Assembly: GCA_030704615.1 (NCBI GenBank)
Contig: CM060734.1
Coordinates: forward strand, 30,070,001-30,134,000
DNA from: Takakia lepidozioides
Taxonomy: Eukaryota > Plantae > Bryophyta
Length of the DNA stretch: 64,000 nucleotides
Direction of reading: 5' to 3'
Both the position numbers and the translations under genes were made by a program. The notes under the pieces were generated by a model. It was not told the origin of the DNA. It was given only the letters and a program-made list of their open reading frames with translations, and did no database searches. Positions 36,001 to 50,600 of this stretch are shown one piece after another (position 1 is the stretch's first letter; each line of letters opens with the position of its first letter).

Positions 36001-38129
36001 ATTAGCTTAGAATGGGAAAATAAATTTGGCTCGATGTCACTCTGCCACACATGGAAAGTGTGAATTTTGCTTTGCATTCAAAATTGGGGACACCCTTGGC
36101 CATGGGAAGTGTTTTTACCCCCCCAAATTATGACTCCACTACATATTGAGATTACTTTTAATTAGTGGATGGTCCTGCTGAGAAAGTTCAGAAAGTTCAG
36201 AAAATGAAAAAATCAGGATTGAAGTAAATTACAACAGATTCATAGAGATAACATACTACACACGGGTTTGAGAGTTTTGTTTGTTGAACCTGTAGGAAAT
36301 GGAGTCCTGTTGAGAAGTTTGACAATCCCAGTGCCGCAAGCCGCAACTTCGCCAACCCCAATCACTCCACCTGCACCAAGCCCCTCATTGACCCTGTTCC
36401 TGTACTTCTGCAGCAACCACAACCACAACCACAACCAACTTAGCATACCCCGAAGATAGGAAAAACTACTTACACTGGTACTGAAACCAAGAGTTGTAGC
36501 GTTTGTGGCGGCACCAAAATGGAAGCCACTAGTGAGTCGCTTGAAACTTAACCCACATAATACTAGAACTATCTAAAAAGTCAACTAGTGAACTACTAAA
36601 AATAGCTAGTGACTACCTACGTGGCCCACACCCTACAATCATGGGCCATGTGCTCGCCCCCCTTTTTTTTTGGCTTTGTTTTGACACCTCCCTGCCACCT
36701 CATTCGTCCCTCTAATTCCTGGACCACAATAAATCTTGGACCACTCTAGAAACAGGCCCGAATGAAACTGCTCTACATATTCACATGAAAAAAATTCCTT
36801 TTGTTTTTGGCTGTTGGGGCTAAAATTAGGTGATAGTGTATTTTCAGTGACACACATTCTTCTTGACACCCATTCTGAATGTGGAAGGATTCTACAAGGA
36901 AAATTCCATATAGGAATTCATTCGTCAATTTTTGCCCTTCATGAGCATAGATTTGGTGGGCCATCCCCAAAATAGTACCTACCCTAACTACATTCTTTGA
37001 ATCTTCCTACCCCTATTATGAACCTTACACACATCCCTACGTACTACATCTCTATGCTCATCAAATTTGGAGAATTTTACCGTTGTATTTGCCAGATTAT
37101 AAATAGAAACATAGAGTGAATATTCCATGTGGACCGAAAAATTCCTCTGAAATTTCGGCCAGATATCTGCCGGGTATTACACCAAGTATAGGATTTGTTT
37201 TTGTATTTTCATAACCGCCGGTTATGCATCTAATCCGGATATTAAATGGTGTGGTTCCGGATACATTGATATCCTGCTGTTAATATCCAGATGACTCTAT
37301 ATTCGCCCAACACTGGTACTACCGTACTACTACTAACCACTCTTGGGTGGGTACACAGGTTAGACTCGGATATATACCAAGTTATATACAGGGGTATGTG
37401 CAGCCCTGACAGCCGGGCCCATCACTGCCATCACTGCTTAGGGCAGAGCATGCCCTTAAAGTGTTCACAGGCCTGTCCTGTTAAACTAATTAAATTAATA
37501 CCTAATAGATAAATATACATTATTTATTTAACTAAATACAATCAATGGTTTTTATCCTAGTTAATATCGGCAATTGAGAACCGGTATTTAGAACCGCCGG
37601 TTATCATATAAGAAATGGATTTATTGATAGTAGGCGAGGGGTGAAAAAAAATCTTGTCCCAGCAGGTTATTAGAATTTGTAAAATTTCAAATAACGGGAA
37701 CGGTAGGTTATCTAAAAACAAATTAAGTATATAGCCACAACAGCCATTTATGAAGTTTTTTAAAGAGCCACCAAACACTATTATTTTCTCTTCCCACTAA
37801 CTTGTTCAAGGTGTTTCCCTTGTTGTTTTGTTTTTACTTTTAGCATGCATTGTAGTGGCAAGTTAGTTATCCTCCCCACCCACCTTGGTATTTGACATTG
37901 AATAACTGAAAAGACAAGTTTTTTTCTATTAATATTAAAGAAAGGGGACGGAGGCCCTTTAAATCATATTAAAAAGGAGTCTTGGAAAAAATAACCAAGA
38001 CTGGAGGCCATGAGGCAGTACAAGCGGGTACAAGCTGAAAGTTAATTTTTGTGCAGATATGTACAACTTTACTATACTATTGCACAAGAATGTGTTGACT
38101 TGTCCAAATCAATACATGAATTTAGACGT

Positions 38130-39625
38130 TTGTTTTGTTTTGTTTTGTTTGTTTTGTTTGTTTTATAGCGTCGTTGAGATCTCCCAAACCGCGGGCCCAG
38201 CGCTGGTGCTTGGTGCCGTTCGAAAGCCCTCGGCGAGGAGGGGTGCACCGGCTTGGTCTCATGGTTTTTGGACATGCGGTGAGGAAGATGTGGAATTCCG
38301 AGTGCTTTTGGTAGCTGGAAATTCACAAAAAATAGCAAAGTGGGCTTTCATGGAGCAATGATTGGCCCTTCACGTGGGAGATTTGGAATTTCAAGTACTT
38401 TTAGTTGCTGGAAATTTACAAATATAGCAAAATGGGCATTCCTGGACAATGGTTGGAGCCGAAAGATATCAAGGGAAAGGGAGGGGAAAGGTCTCTGGTT
38501 CAAATCTGGTCGTAGGCTCTGTGGAAAAAAAAATGATGAGATAAGGCTAAAACGATTTTCAAGTACTTTTGGTTGCTGGACAATGGTTGGAGCCTCGATT
38601 GGAGAGATATCAAGGAAAAGGTCTCCGGTTCAAATCAGGTCATAGATTCCGTAGAAAAACTAATGATTAGACTTGGATGACTTAGATGACATTGGACACT
38701 TGGGCCAACGGCAAAGGCTTCACACTTGGGGCTAGACATAGGAGACGCACTTGAATGCATAAGAGATTGCACTTGGGCTTAGATGACCCTGGACACTTGG
38801 GCCAACGGCACAGGCTACCCTAGTCAATACATGAAGTGAGACATTTGTTTTGTTTTGTAGTGTTGCTGAGATCTCCCAAACCGTGGGGCCCAGCATGGGT
38901 GCTTGGTGCCGTTGGAAAGCCCTCGATGAGGAGGGGTGCACCGCCTTGGTCTCATGATTTTTGGAGCGATGAGGGAGAAGTGGAATTCCAAGTACTTTTG
39001 GTCGCTGGAAATTCACAAAAAATAGCAAAAAATGGCAAAGTGGGCATTCCTGGACAATGGTTGGAGCCTCGATGGGAGAGATATCAAGGGAAAGGTCTCC
39101 GGTTCAAATCTGGTCGTAGGCTATGTGGAAAAAAACTGATTGGACTTGGATGACATTGGACACTTGGGCCAACGACACAGGCTATCCTAGGGCCTAGAGG
39201 TTGCACTTGGGCCTCGACATAGGAGACGCACTTGGATACATAGGAAATTGCACCAGGTACATAGGAGATTGGACTTGCGCTGGGAGATGCACTTGGATAC
39301 ATGAATAGAAGATTGCAGTTGGATACATAGGAAATTACACTTGGTCTTAGATTTCAATTCTTCACATATGGGGCAAACGGCATAGGCTACACTAGAGGTC
39401 GCACTTGGGCCTCAACATAGCCTCAACATAGGAGACGCACAGGGATACATAAAAGATCTTACACTTGGGCTTTGATGACATTGGACACTTGGGCCAACGG
39501 CACAGGCTACCCTAGAGGTCGCATTTGGGCCTCCACATAGGAGACGCACTTGGATACATAGGGGATTACACTTGGACTTAGATGACACTGGACACTTGGG
39601 CCAACGGCACAGGCTACCCTAGTAT
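38130..39625 (+). repeat. Composite duplicated repeat with tRNA-like heads and a ~108-bp tandem array (SINE-like/satellite)
   Basis: 38150-38345 is duplicated at 38845-39045. The tRNA T-arm/B-box-like AAGGTCTCYGGTTCAAATC occurs near 38488, 38617 and 39092. GATGACATTGGACACTTGGGCCAACGGCACAGGCTACCCTAG units repeat over 38685-38825 and 39150-39622. Confidence 0.65.
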
Positions 39626-41468
39626 TATATAAACAAAGCAACCAGTGACACCAAGGCCAAAGTCACTCACATCATCCGCAAGGATACAAATGAATACATT
39701 TTTGTCAACCAGTACGTGCTAGGTCCCCCTCAAGTATGGTAGCTAGGCTGGGCCATGCATGGCGAAAATTAAAATATTTTATTCTTAATTAATAAAGTGA
39801 TGACAATAACACTGACCCAAAATAACTTTGTAAGTAAAAACTAAAACCATCTTAACGATTTAGTTGAAATTGATCAAAACTATTTTTCAAAGCTTGATCT
39901 GTCAAGGTCCAAAATACTCCATTATAGCATCATCAAACGGCGTGAGTAGGACTAAGACTAAGAGCGCCGCATGTAGTTTCAACAATGGGTTTTTTTTTTG
40001 GACTATTTGTGTAGAGTATCATGTAGCAATTAAGGAATCAATTTACACTTCTTTCGGCAGGCGTCATATTTTTTCCCCTTGTAGGAAGAGTCAAGAACAC
40101 TTTACGGTTTGAAACATTCTTGGAGTGGAGGAGCATGTCAGTGTGGGGTTTAACTCGGAGAAGGACCAAGAGCTTATACAATATAGTTTGGAAAAGCATG
40201 AAACATGTGAGAAGTTCTTAATTTGTAATGAAGAGAGTTCTAGAATTGATGGGATCTATAGTAAGTATCCATAGTGTCCCAAAGGGACTACGAGAGACAG
40301 CGTAGAGAGTATGTACATTTTAATAAAGCTCCATCCAATCGATCAACTTTTTTTTTTTTTTTTTTGGAAATAGGGGGAAGCCTTGGACATCACATTGGAA
40401 AAGGGAGAGTACACAAGGAAAAAAGGCAGATGAAGGCAGATGCTCAACTAATATAAAACACAAATAACACTCCCAAGACCTATGTTGGATCATGTGAGCA
40501 TATGTTCTTTATATGTACAAATGGCATATGATTTGAGCCAAAGCCTAGAAGTAAAAAACCTTGCTTGGTTTTTCTAGTCGCTTTCTTTGCCTTGTGCATA
40601 GGTTTGTCCCTCAAGACTTTGGTGTGTATGCGTGGTGGTGACTGGGGTTTTTAGCCCCGTAGAATAAAATGCATGAGGACTTCCTGACGCCGCCAACCAA
40701 AAAGAAATATTTGGCTAGCATTGAATAGTATATGTATACATAGGTTCCCCCATATACCTGGTTCCTATGCACCTAATTCCATGACTCAAAAGCTTATATA
40801 CATTTGTTTCTCTAAGTTCAAGAATTTTAAATTTGATGAGACCTATTGCTTAGAAGATTCCAAACTATAAATCTTGAATGATTGCTTCACATTTGCCATC
40901 AATACACATTTGATTTGGAGTCACGAAATTATTAGCAGTGGAATAATATGCACCCCAACATGAACGGAAAAGAAAATCCGCCAATGGGCTAGGTGCAGGA
41001 CGCCGTGGAGTAGGTTGTGGAGTTTGCATGTGGGGCCCCACATGGCCATTGCATATAATCGTCACTTCTACCCTGCATGCAATTGTCATGTGGGACCCCA
41101 TGAAGCTTTTAGATATATGGATAATTTTTTATAGAGAGTGGGAAGGATGGAAATGAGGTCCTTTGGATTGTTTTATAGCAAGATTGAAGGTGTAGAGAGA
41201 AGGATAAAGAGAGGTCCAACAGAGGAGACGGGAGCAGGGCTGCAAAAGTTGGCAATGGTACAGTTATGGAGAACAAGACGATTATAAAAAAGGAACAGTT
41301 GCAAATATTTTTCTCGGTTGTTTGTGTTGTCAATGCTTACATAAAAAAATATTGTAGGTGCCTTATATTCCAATGTAGTCAACATTGATATACCTATCAT
41401 GATTTTTCTACTAAAAAATAGCTTCTACTACTTTCTTCACGTCATTTTAATCCCCTCTATTTCAATTT

Positions 41469-44400
41469 TGTTGAAAGCCATGGTCTGAGTGAAAGACACA
41501 CTTCTAGATACAATAAGAATGGACGAGAGTCCAATATATACAATTCTTGATCGCTATATCAACGCTGGTGAATAGGCCAATATGGAACTTAGCTCAATCT
41601 AAATATTCTGTGGACCACCTTAATCTACTCTACATATATGCATTACATAAATGCATAATTAGTTGACGAGTTATCAACAATAGTCTGTCCAATATTTGGC
41701 TTTACGTTACATGCGGAATCTAATGTCAAGATAAGTTTAAAGCTGACTATAGTAAGTCACAGGTTGGGAGTATTATTTCAACACCCTCTATCACTCCCAA
41801 CTCTCTCTACATGGGACTATGATCTTGGAGATCCTAAGTTGTAATAGAACTAATTCCTATCATGTTTCTGAGTGTCTCAAATTGTATCCAGCCAAGATGC
41901 TTTGTAAAGATATTCGCCTGTTATTCTCGAGTGGGAATGTACTCTAAGTTAATGTCACATTCTTCCAATCTTTCTCGCACATCATGGTGTTGGATCTCTA
42001 TATGTTTTGTTCTAGCATGAAAGATTGGATTTTTGACTAACTTGATACTATTCTGATTATCGCACCATAATGTGACTGGTTGAGAGGATTCTTGAATCGT
42101 AAGTTCAATCAACAAGTTTCTCAACCACACACTCTCTTTCGTGCCCTTAGATTATTGCTTTGTACCCCACTTTTGTAGATGATATTAAAGCTACAGTAGG
42201 TTGGCGTTTAAGAGCTCCATGTAATTGGAGAATCTCCCAACTTGAAAAGATACCCAATTGTCGATTTCTTGTTCAGTATCTCCTGCCCAATCTGAGTCAA
42301 CATAGCCAGTCAAAATCGGTTCCCTCTTCCCCCACGTCCTAGGTCAGCCCATAGTCAAGAATGCCTTTTATGTATCTCAAGATTTGCTTTACAACATTCA
42401 AATGAGCAACTTGCGGTGTTGATAAAAGTCAAATGACGATGCTTACTGCGATGACAATGTCAAATCTGGTTTGGATGAGATATATGAGCTTTCCCACCAT
42501 TCTCATGTACAGTGTAGCATCACAACATGACGAATCATGTTACAAGTTTGAGACCCTCATGCATTGGTACTTTGCTTGGGAAGCAATATGCCATTTCAAA
42601 TTCCTTGAGAGCTGCACCTTGAGGTCCTTGTCAATAATAGGTCATCCACGTACAAGAGTAGAATAACATATATATTTTCCTCTATCAAATTTGTAATGGA
42701 GGTTGTGATCATGTTCACTTCTTTTGAATCCTTGTGAAAAAAGAAAATTGTGGATGCATTCATACCAGGCACATGGAGCCTGCTTGAGCCCATAGAATGC
42801 TCTCCATAATCGACAAACCTTGGCCTCTTGTCTTTAAGCAACGAATCCCTCTGGTTGCATCATATAAACTTCTTCTTTTAATTTGTCATTCAGAAAGGCC
42901 GTTTTCACGTCTAAATGCGTGATATCCCATTTTGTCTGAGTTATAAAAGCAACCATCAGCGGATAGTTCTTCACGTACAGGGGAAAACTTTCTTGATAAT
43001 CCAATCCCTCATGTTATTCAAAACCTCTAGGTGTTATATGAGCTTTAAGCTTATAATCAACTTTTCATGTGGCATCATACTTGGTTTTGAACACCCGTTA
43101 GAAAAAATTAGAACCTTCCTTGGAGGTAGATCAACTAGGAATGTTCATGTAAATCGAATCAATTTTGCTCTCTGTGGCCAATTTCCATCCAGGATTTGAA
43201 ATTGCTTATGTAACACTAATAGGTTACAACTTCATGAATATCTGTAGCTACAAAATAGTCAATAAATTTTACGGTGCTCCTCTAACTCGAGTTGACCTTC
43301 TTATCTCGGGAGACTCCAACATCTGGACAGATGGATGCTCATAATCGAGTGGAGTTAGAGGTGGCAGTTCTAGTGAGAGCAACCTTGCATTAGGAGATGC
43401 ACTTGTTGAAAAGTCGGGAGCCGTATTGGGTAAGCCGACATCCATTGTTTGTTCAATTACCGGAGGTATCTCAGCCAAAGGTGAGGCTATGTTTGGTGCC
43501 AAACCTCTAGCGTAATATTCTTCACTGAGACAGATTGGGTTGGTTTGACTATCCCCTTAGTATTTTCATCAAATTTTACATCCTTAGATACTCAAATCTT
43601 CCTCAACACATGGTCAAACCATCAATATGCTTTTGAACTAGCATCGTAACCCACAAAGATACACCGAGTAGTCTTAGTATCTGAAAGTTTGTACAGACCA
43701 TTGTCATGATTGTCTCTAGTTCCTTTTGCAAGGATTTTTCGAGGATCCTTGCGATTGAAGATAAGACATGACTTTGAATCAAAACATACGATACATCATT
43801 TGTCAGTGCCAACTGAGAGCAATACCCGACCCGTAAAGAACATCTCTGATGTCTTTAAATTCTTCACTAGGGAGGCGGAAAGTTACAGGACCCTTGCCTT
43901 AGACAGGGATTATTTGTCCATTGGCAGTTTTCATTGTACTAGTGTGACTGCTAATCTTCATGAAGTCAATCGCAGTTCTTTGTCCAGTGACGTGTTGAGT
44001 TGTCCCGGAGTCTTGAACCATTCTTTATTCTTTGCAATATTAGGCTAGTCAAGAATGTAAGCCGCATCGTGGTACTTCTCATTTTCTTTGGTGGCAAGGT
44101 TGACTTCAAACATTGGATCTTTGGTGTCTCTACTTTTGTCTTCAACGTTCATAGCAGTTAGAGCTGCTTCAAACATTGTGCTTGAGTCGTCATGTTTTTC
44201 TCCCCTCCTATGGTGGCCTCCTTATGAACCACATTTTTCTGTTGACGAGGTGCTTGTCTAGGTCACCTAGGCTTGCAACATTCTTTGGACTAGTCCAGAC
44301 ATGCCACAATTGAAGCACCGGGTTCCATGTTTGCGACGATACTGTATAGTGTTATTGTTATCGTGGTCTCCGAAACTTGATTTGTCTCCATATTCGGGGC

Positions 44401-44900
44401 GCTGGTCGTGTTGAACGTGTGTGTCATGCGTAGTGAAAGTTCCTGGCCTATGTCGAACAAAGTATAGTGCTTCATCTGGAGCTTTTGATGAAGCTCTCAG
44501 CATATCTCATGGCTTCTTCATGCAATAGGCGTCATATAATGACATCAAGTAGAGGGTACTAGGACCCTAGAGTAGAAAATCCTTGGAAAAATGAGTCATA
44601 AGTCGCAGGTAAACTAGAAAACAAGACCCGAATAATTTCTTCATCATTTTGATCGCACAACTTGTTAGATGAAAACCAATTTCATTGAACTCTCTAAGAT
44701 AAGAGTACAAGCCCAACTCCTCGTGCATTTTGAGAGCTCGTAAAGTTTGGTTCGCAACAAAAGTTTCCTGGTGATATATATCCCGAGACTCGTATAATTT
44801 ATGATCAAAAAACCAACAGTCTCTAGGATTTATATGGTCTCGCGCTAATACTAAATATTGCCAATACAACTCAGATTGCTCCCCCCATGACACCTTTCTC
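41469..44900 (-). mobile_element. Decayed Ty1/Copia retrotransposon with 3' LTR (41469-41783)
   Basis: LTR bounded by TGTTGAAA...TTTCAACA; purine tract at 41784-41798 on the minus strand. RNase H LWCDNQ..IKLVKNPIFHARTKHIEIQHH; RT HLDVKTAFL and LLYVDDLLL; integrase tail CIFVGYD; knuckle remnant CFNCG. 5' LTR not found. Confidence 0.88.
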
Positions 44901-45704
44901 TCAATCAACATTGCATACCCCTCACTTATAAGTCAACAGAAAATAGAAATTAACACAAATAGCAAGGAGGCTACATCCTGGCCACAGCCCTTATTACCTC
45001 CACATACCAGAATCTGCAAACAAAACTACCATCATCCACAACACAAGCGGTTAACCTCCATATTGCCAAGTGAACTGCAATCCGTGCTGCTCGATAGCCA
45101 AAAGCGCCTATCATATTGCTTACTGTGGCATAAACGCGCACATACATGGATGCAAACGTTGCATGGCGATTGGCCGCTACAGTTAAAGGAAACAAACAAA
45201 GCACTAATGACAAACTTGGAATCATTTAGATATTGGACCCTAACCCAAAATATCGCTCTAAGCATTCAACCTGCTCATACCTTAGCCTTTCTCGACCCAA
45301 CAATCAAGCTCCACCTCCACCATAATGTTGGCTGGCTAAGATTTCACGTAACTTGGGTAGCTTTTCGGCTCCAAATGTCTACTCCACAATCAATGCACTG
45401 CAACTATCCAAAATGTCCCATTCGGCTGATAATTCAACCCCATCAACACTACGCTTATCCTCACTTTGAGTGCTCCTCGATAACCACCCTATGCAAACAC
45501 ACAGCCAGGCACTTCGCCCAACATGCAGACATAAACAGCCCTTATACTCTATCCTCCAGCAAGGTGAGAGCAAGCTATGTCTTCAACACTTCAACATGCA
45601 CCCATAGTCACTTCACCAAGCAACACTTCATGCTTCATCCCCCCGCTCTCCCCCCCTTGCACCTTACCACTAGTTCTGCGATCACACCCACCTTATCGCT
45701 CACC

Positions 45705-47630
45705 ATGAACACAAAAACCCAAAGCACCCTGTCGGGTGTTGACGCTGCTCTCAATGTTCCACCCTTACAAGATGAGAGAATGTCCCCAACGAGCTCGTCT
45801 ACCTTCAAACGCAGTCTCGACGACCTCCATCTCGGAGACACGCTTACATCAAATAATGCTCAGTCGATACTCCTCAAGCGAGCAACAAGCGACGATGACA
45901 GCTCTCAATCAAATCACACCACCACCAACAAGAAAGGAACTCGCAGTCACCACAAACACAGAAGCAGTATTCTGTCCACCTCTGGCTTGGGTATCCTACT
46001 ATGGAGAGCCTAGCAAGGGAAGCTGGTGCCCCTATTGTACAAGACTGCAGATCTGTCGCTGAACTATTGCAGTTGGGCATCTCCGAATCGGAATGTGTAG
46101 AAATACTCCAGTGTCCAAAGGCCTTCCCCAGGACTCACCAGATACTATATCCATCGCAAAGGCCGGACAAAAGAGAGGACAATTCTATCATCTCACGCAG
46201 CTCCCCAAACCGCAGACTGCACCCTGCGACTGGGCTCTCATTTGGATATCACATTCTAATCCGATTAGAGAAAGGGCGCCCCATGAAATGCACAGAAGTC
46301 ACGGCAAAAACAAAAGCAAGGCTATCCTACATGGGAATACCACTTGGCAACGAGGTGCTGCACCCTGTCTCAGCTTTTGGACATAAGAAAGACCCCATGG
46401 TGTGGTCAGGTCTTATCAAGATCTGCCTCAAATACCCAGAAAAGGATGGCATTGACTTGCTCTTGGGCAACCGAGCATTCATACTCACCTTAGCGGAAGG
46501 CAATCCCGTGCAGGGCAAAGTTGAAAAAAGTTTTGAAACTGAAAGCACGGGAGACTGGCTATCCCTCCACATCAAGGGCTCAACGATGGAAGGGCTGCCA
46601 GCTACTCAGATCACATCAAATATTATCTACGAGGCATACAACGCAGGGATCGACCTGGAAATCCTATATGTTGGTAAGCCTACCACACAATCTAATTTTG
46701 GATTTCTTTACACAGCATCGGAAGAGACTCGTGCGTTATCTCTGTCACATGGATTGCGACACGAGCACGAAATGCTCGAGGTGGCCGAACGATACCAAAC
46801 TCTAAATGGCACGGACATCCCCCCCAAAACGCTCAAACTGATAGAGAAGCCCTGACCGTAGTGATCAGGCACCACAAACTGACCACACCACAGAAGGTTA
46901 TTAGCGATGCTATACTGCACATGATCGGGAAGGATAACGTCACCAACATGTTCTTCACCAACGCTCAGTCAGAAAAAGTTTTGCACAATGGTACACTCCA
47001 CGTTACGTGTAAGAACGCAACGATATACAATCTTTGGCAGGACAGGCCCCATGTCAGCTTTATGGGTCGAAACATCAAGTTCACTCCACATGCCCAAAGC
47101 TTAAATGGTGATACCCCACCGGATCCAGAGACGCTCAAGAGGTTGAAGATTACTGATATCAACAAAGCACTTGCTAACACGGTAGAGTCACTCCAGTTTC
47201 AGGCTCCCCCCAGCACCGGTTCCCTCAAACAAGAACTGCTATCAATCATGGAAAAACAAAATGTGAGCACAAACGGGAGATCGCCAACTTCAAGCATGAT
47301 GTGGTCTAGGGGATTGAAGCGCAAACCTCGAACTATATGAACTCCCTAAAAGCCAAGGTCTCGGATGAACTGGCGCTCAGTATGTCAGCCTACCAGACTC
47401 AGTTCGATACGCTTATGCACAAACTCCCAGAGTTTGCTCTTACCCGCTTGACTGGGGTTTCAACTCAGCAGACACTGGCACTTACCCCATCCTCAACTCT
47501 TTTCAAGTACCAAGTCCCAACAACCACCAAGGCTGACGGACAGATACAAGACCAGGCATCCCTTGTAGATCTGGAGAAAACTGACACATACTCACCTAGC
47601 ACCTCGCACAAGCGACTTGGCAATGAGTGA
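45705..47630 (+). pseudogene. LINE ORF1-like protein (frameshifted)
   Basis: Consecutive ORFs 45705-, 46001-46855, 46861-47340 and 47337-47630. Globular core (WSGLIKICLKYPEKDGIDLLLGNRAFIL), an RRM-like part and a coiled-coil-like end. Confidence 0.55.
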
Positions 47631-50600
47631 CAAAGGTCAGAACCCCCACTACTCATGTTGTAAAGATCTCGCCCAGACCCGGAATAGACACCAGTCTTTG
47701 GGTCAATTTTTGATTCTGTTTGTTTTACCTGTACTACTTCTACTTTCAATGCAATTTCATGTGATGCGCACAGGGATTTCTAAGTGTAGATACACAAAAT
47801 CTCTTCTGTGTGACTCTTGTAACCAGACCCCTGTTTCTATGCAAGTTATGTCAAAGCTAATGTCCCCATACCAGACTAGGCTATCTCTGTCTCGAAGCAC
47901 TAACATTTGCGAGACATATGCCATGATTCACAAACTCAAACCTGATGCACAGATCACACAACACCCCCTGGTTCCCATGCTGCCTTACATTTCACCAGCC
48001 TACCATTACAAATTCACTGTTATTGAGCAGTGTACCAATTTATTTATTCCTCCATACCAAATACATGAGTGGACACCACTCTACCTCTATCCAGCTGCAC
48101 TACTGCAGCCAGCCCTACTAACCTCCTCTGCCTTTGCCACCAATATGCTGCATACAGTACCAAGTCAACCCCTCTGCCCTCATGTTCATCTCCACCACAA
48201 ACTCTTGCTGACGTCTTATCTTCGTACATATACTAAGCACCATAATTGGAAATATGCTCCACACTACTGTGTACCATTAACCTCAAGTAATTTAAATACT
48301 ACCCAACATAGAGTCACATCCTGCCATCATCTTATATGCCCACTGAGTTGTCCATATAAACAGCATATAAGACCCACAGTTGCTACACCCATGCTCTAGC
48401 CTATATTGTCCAGCCCCAACTTGCTTGTGAAAATACCACACCCAACAACACAAATCCCATCCAAAAAAACGAGCTTCCCAAATATACATGCCCTCCCCAT
48501 TAAGTGGTTTCACACAAGCATGTCTGATACTCATTATCTATCCCCAGTCACACATAGCATTTTCACTCTGTGCAGTCAAGATAACTATTGCTGCATAGTT
48601 CATCAAAACCCCGCCTCCTCCAGCCTTATATCTGAGGGACTACATCACTCTGTTTACATAGTTTCTACCTTATCCCTGAATATTAAAACTAAAGGCCCCC
48701 AAACATTGCGCCCCTCAATAGCAGCCACTTCTTCATACAACCGCCGTCACATTCAAACCCTTCAACCAAACGCCCCACTCCAAGTCATCCACAAACTGCA
48801 CATATTTCAGCAATCTGCCACCTATCTGCTCATCCTAAATCTTTTAAAGAATCCGACCATTCCTCTCTCCTCAGCACAGTCTTAAATACTACAAGTGCTC
48901 TTAACTACTACTTACAAATGCACTGTAGCACCCAATACTACATACTTACTAGCTCTAGTAACTCTGTTCCACCCCACAACTTACCAAAGCGGTCTAACCC
49001 CACACTAAATCCTACACTCCACACTTTGATTCTCAATTTGCGACCAGTTGTCACCAAAAAACACCTAACTACGATATACTCACAAAGAAGGAAGTGCAAA
49101 CTATGCAGCTCCAAGACAGTAGTATCCATTCCCCTTACCATTTTCAAACTCCATCTGTGTACACCCTGTCACGAAAATCTGTCACACAAAGCTTGCACCA
49201 AATAAAATCTGGCTCTGCAACGTCACTCAATATTATCCGTACATTGAATGCCAAATACAAAATAACACTGTTCATACCTCTCGGGCCCCCAAGCAGACTA
49301 CAAATACTGTCAAGCAGTTATTACCACATGCAGGTAGCTCTGTGTCTATAATTGAGGCAACACCTCCTCCCAAGCAACTGCCCTGCTACGACACACATCA
49401 GTTCTGTAGGCCACAGATTCCTCATATCCAAGGGTACCTCACATTACAACACAACCAATGTGAACTAACCCCTCCTGCAGCACTTAAAATAAGCACCCAC
49501 CCTCTGAGGAAAAACCAAGAAGGCAGCTTGGTCTTGGCCATGCTGATGCTAACCATCACACACTGTCCCCTTCATGTCCATTTCCAAAATATATCCATAT
49601 ACACTGCCGCCACAGTTTGACATTCAACAAGAACTCATACCAAATAAAATAGGGCCTCAACTCACCACTGAATATTGCCCATGCGCTGCAAACTGCCCCC
49701 CCCAAATACACAGCTCCAAGTTAATTCCACTATACTATGCCCTACACCAAAGTTTCCAGCAAGATCCCCCCTACATATTCACCCTGACTAGCACCTCCGA
49801 CTACACAGGGCTAGCAAAATCTAGCCACATTACATCTAACATTAGCCCGCAGGATCTTGGCAAGCCAGAACACAAGCAGCTATGCTCACCAAAACTTTGC
49901 CCCCGAGATAACATCGCTACCATCCCTCACAGACCCATGCTGGCTGTAAGTAACATTCCACCCTTACTGAACACAGGGAGCTCTTTGACTACACTCCCTT
50001 ATTGCTTATTACCCACTTACAAAAATCAAAAAGTGCGCCATGCCCAGGCTGCAACTCAAACATGCCCCAACACACAGTCTTAACATGCAGCAAAAATGTA
50101 TCTCCATCACACCCTATTATATCATCACAACGCTACTGACCCATCTGACTGGGCAATCACGGAACATTACCCCAAAACATCTGGTGCACTCGTTAACCTG
50201 CATGCTAAATACAAACTTTTCGACCCTCCACCTCCAGTGCACTTGCCAGTACTATCACACAACTATACTGCCCCCATTCACTGGGTGGTCTCAAACAGCC
50301 AGCACTGGCCCTCATTATCTTGTCCTATGTCACACCATCAGCCCACACCCTAGTCAAGGTCACTTCTGCTTCACAAATCAAACAACACCCCAAAACCACC
50401 AAGCCAACAACCAAACTACACTGTCAATGCACATGACTGCCTTAAATCCCTACACACTACACACACCTAGTGTAGTGTATATATATTGCCAAACACAAAT
50501 ATTATATACCACACTTTCCTACACTACAACTAGCATTACCCCACAGAAAAATAACAAACCCGAACATAGACATTTCTGCTCACCAAAACTTGGTCCACAA

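Noticed and set aside
33180-37100. Protein-coding genes among short ORFs upstream of the P450
   Set aside because: No motifs or consistent exon structure; looks like intergenic DNA and TE debris.
38440-39125. Functional tRNA genes
   Set aside because: Only the T-arm and variable loop are tRNA-like; acceptor and anticodon stems cannot be formed.
44915-44945. TSD for the giant LINE (TATAAGTCAA vs TATAAGGTCAA near 60209)
   Set aside because: Short, AT-rich and imperfect, and Copia sequence does not visibly resume after the LINE.
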